From a virus, in IMG/VR virus record IMGVR_UViG_3300031784_000026, positions 3,012 through 67,011 of that record: a stretch of DNA of 64,000 bases; one strand, written 5' to 3'. Below, one piece after another: positions 63,937-64,000 of the stretch. Under the pieces are notes generated by a model. That model ran no database searches, was not told where the DNA came from, and saw only the letters and a list, made by a program, of their open reading frames with translations. A program made the translations under genes and the position numbers. Every line of letters begins with the position of its first letter. The stretch's first letter is position 1.

Positions 63937-64000
63937 TTACGCAGTGTAAGAACCGGAAGAATTAAATGTCAGGATTGTATTGGAGCCAGATGTCGTGATT
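63937..64000 (-). CDS. 3' end of a copy of the 455 aa Gly-rich gene (partial)
   Basis: Identical to 2579..2642 (ITTSGSNTILTFNSSGSYTA-stop). Confidence 0.8.
   Translation of the reverse strand, partial: ITTSGSNTILTFNSSGSYTA

Noticed and set aside
1228-64000. Numerous antisense or alternate-frame ORFs (e.g. 1431..1706, 19595..20203, 37229..37942, 50191..51051)
   Set aside because: Shadows of well-supported genes with no recognisable motifs.
1-64000. Prophage signatures, tRNAs, host genes, stop-codon recoding
   Set aside because: No integrase, att site, cloverleaf or host operon recognised by eye; core genes are intact under the standard code.

Overview
The window is essentially a whole tailed dsDNA phage genome, probably podovirus-like; no integrase, repressor switch, tRNA, CRISPR array or reverse transcriptase is evident. 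Virion genes lie on the - strand in two blocks: 21.9 kb to 1 (terL, portal, GroES-like protein, scaffold, major capsid, adaptors, fibres) and 64 kb to 43.7 kb (fibres/adhesins, tail stabilisation protein, ejection proteins, GH108 endolysin). Early and replication genes lie on the + strand at 23.8-26.1 kb and 28.0-43.7 kb (SSB-like protein, AEP primase, UvrD, PolA, SNF2). The last 127 bp are identical to 2516-2642, implying a unit of about 61,358 bp. The two window ends carry divergent, module-swapped versions of the same glycine-rich adhesin locus. The most unusual signals are: (1) 10 perfect co-oriented copies of ACTTTACCGGCG in 2.2 kb between terS and terL, delimiting promoter-microgene-terminator cassettes and overlapping stop codons; (2) a combinatorial array of polyglycine (gp38-like) adhesins; (3) a dyad-symmetric origin-like region at 27.6-27.9 kb; (4) stand-alone homologues of host regulator domains (OmpR/CtrA-type wHTH, DnaA domain IV, RNAP alpha-CTD). 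Family names come from motif recognition by eye, not database searches.
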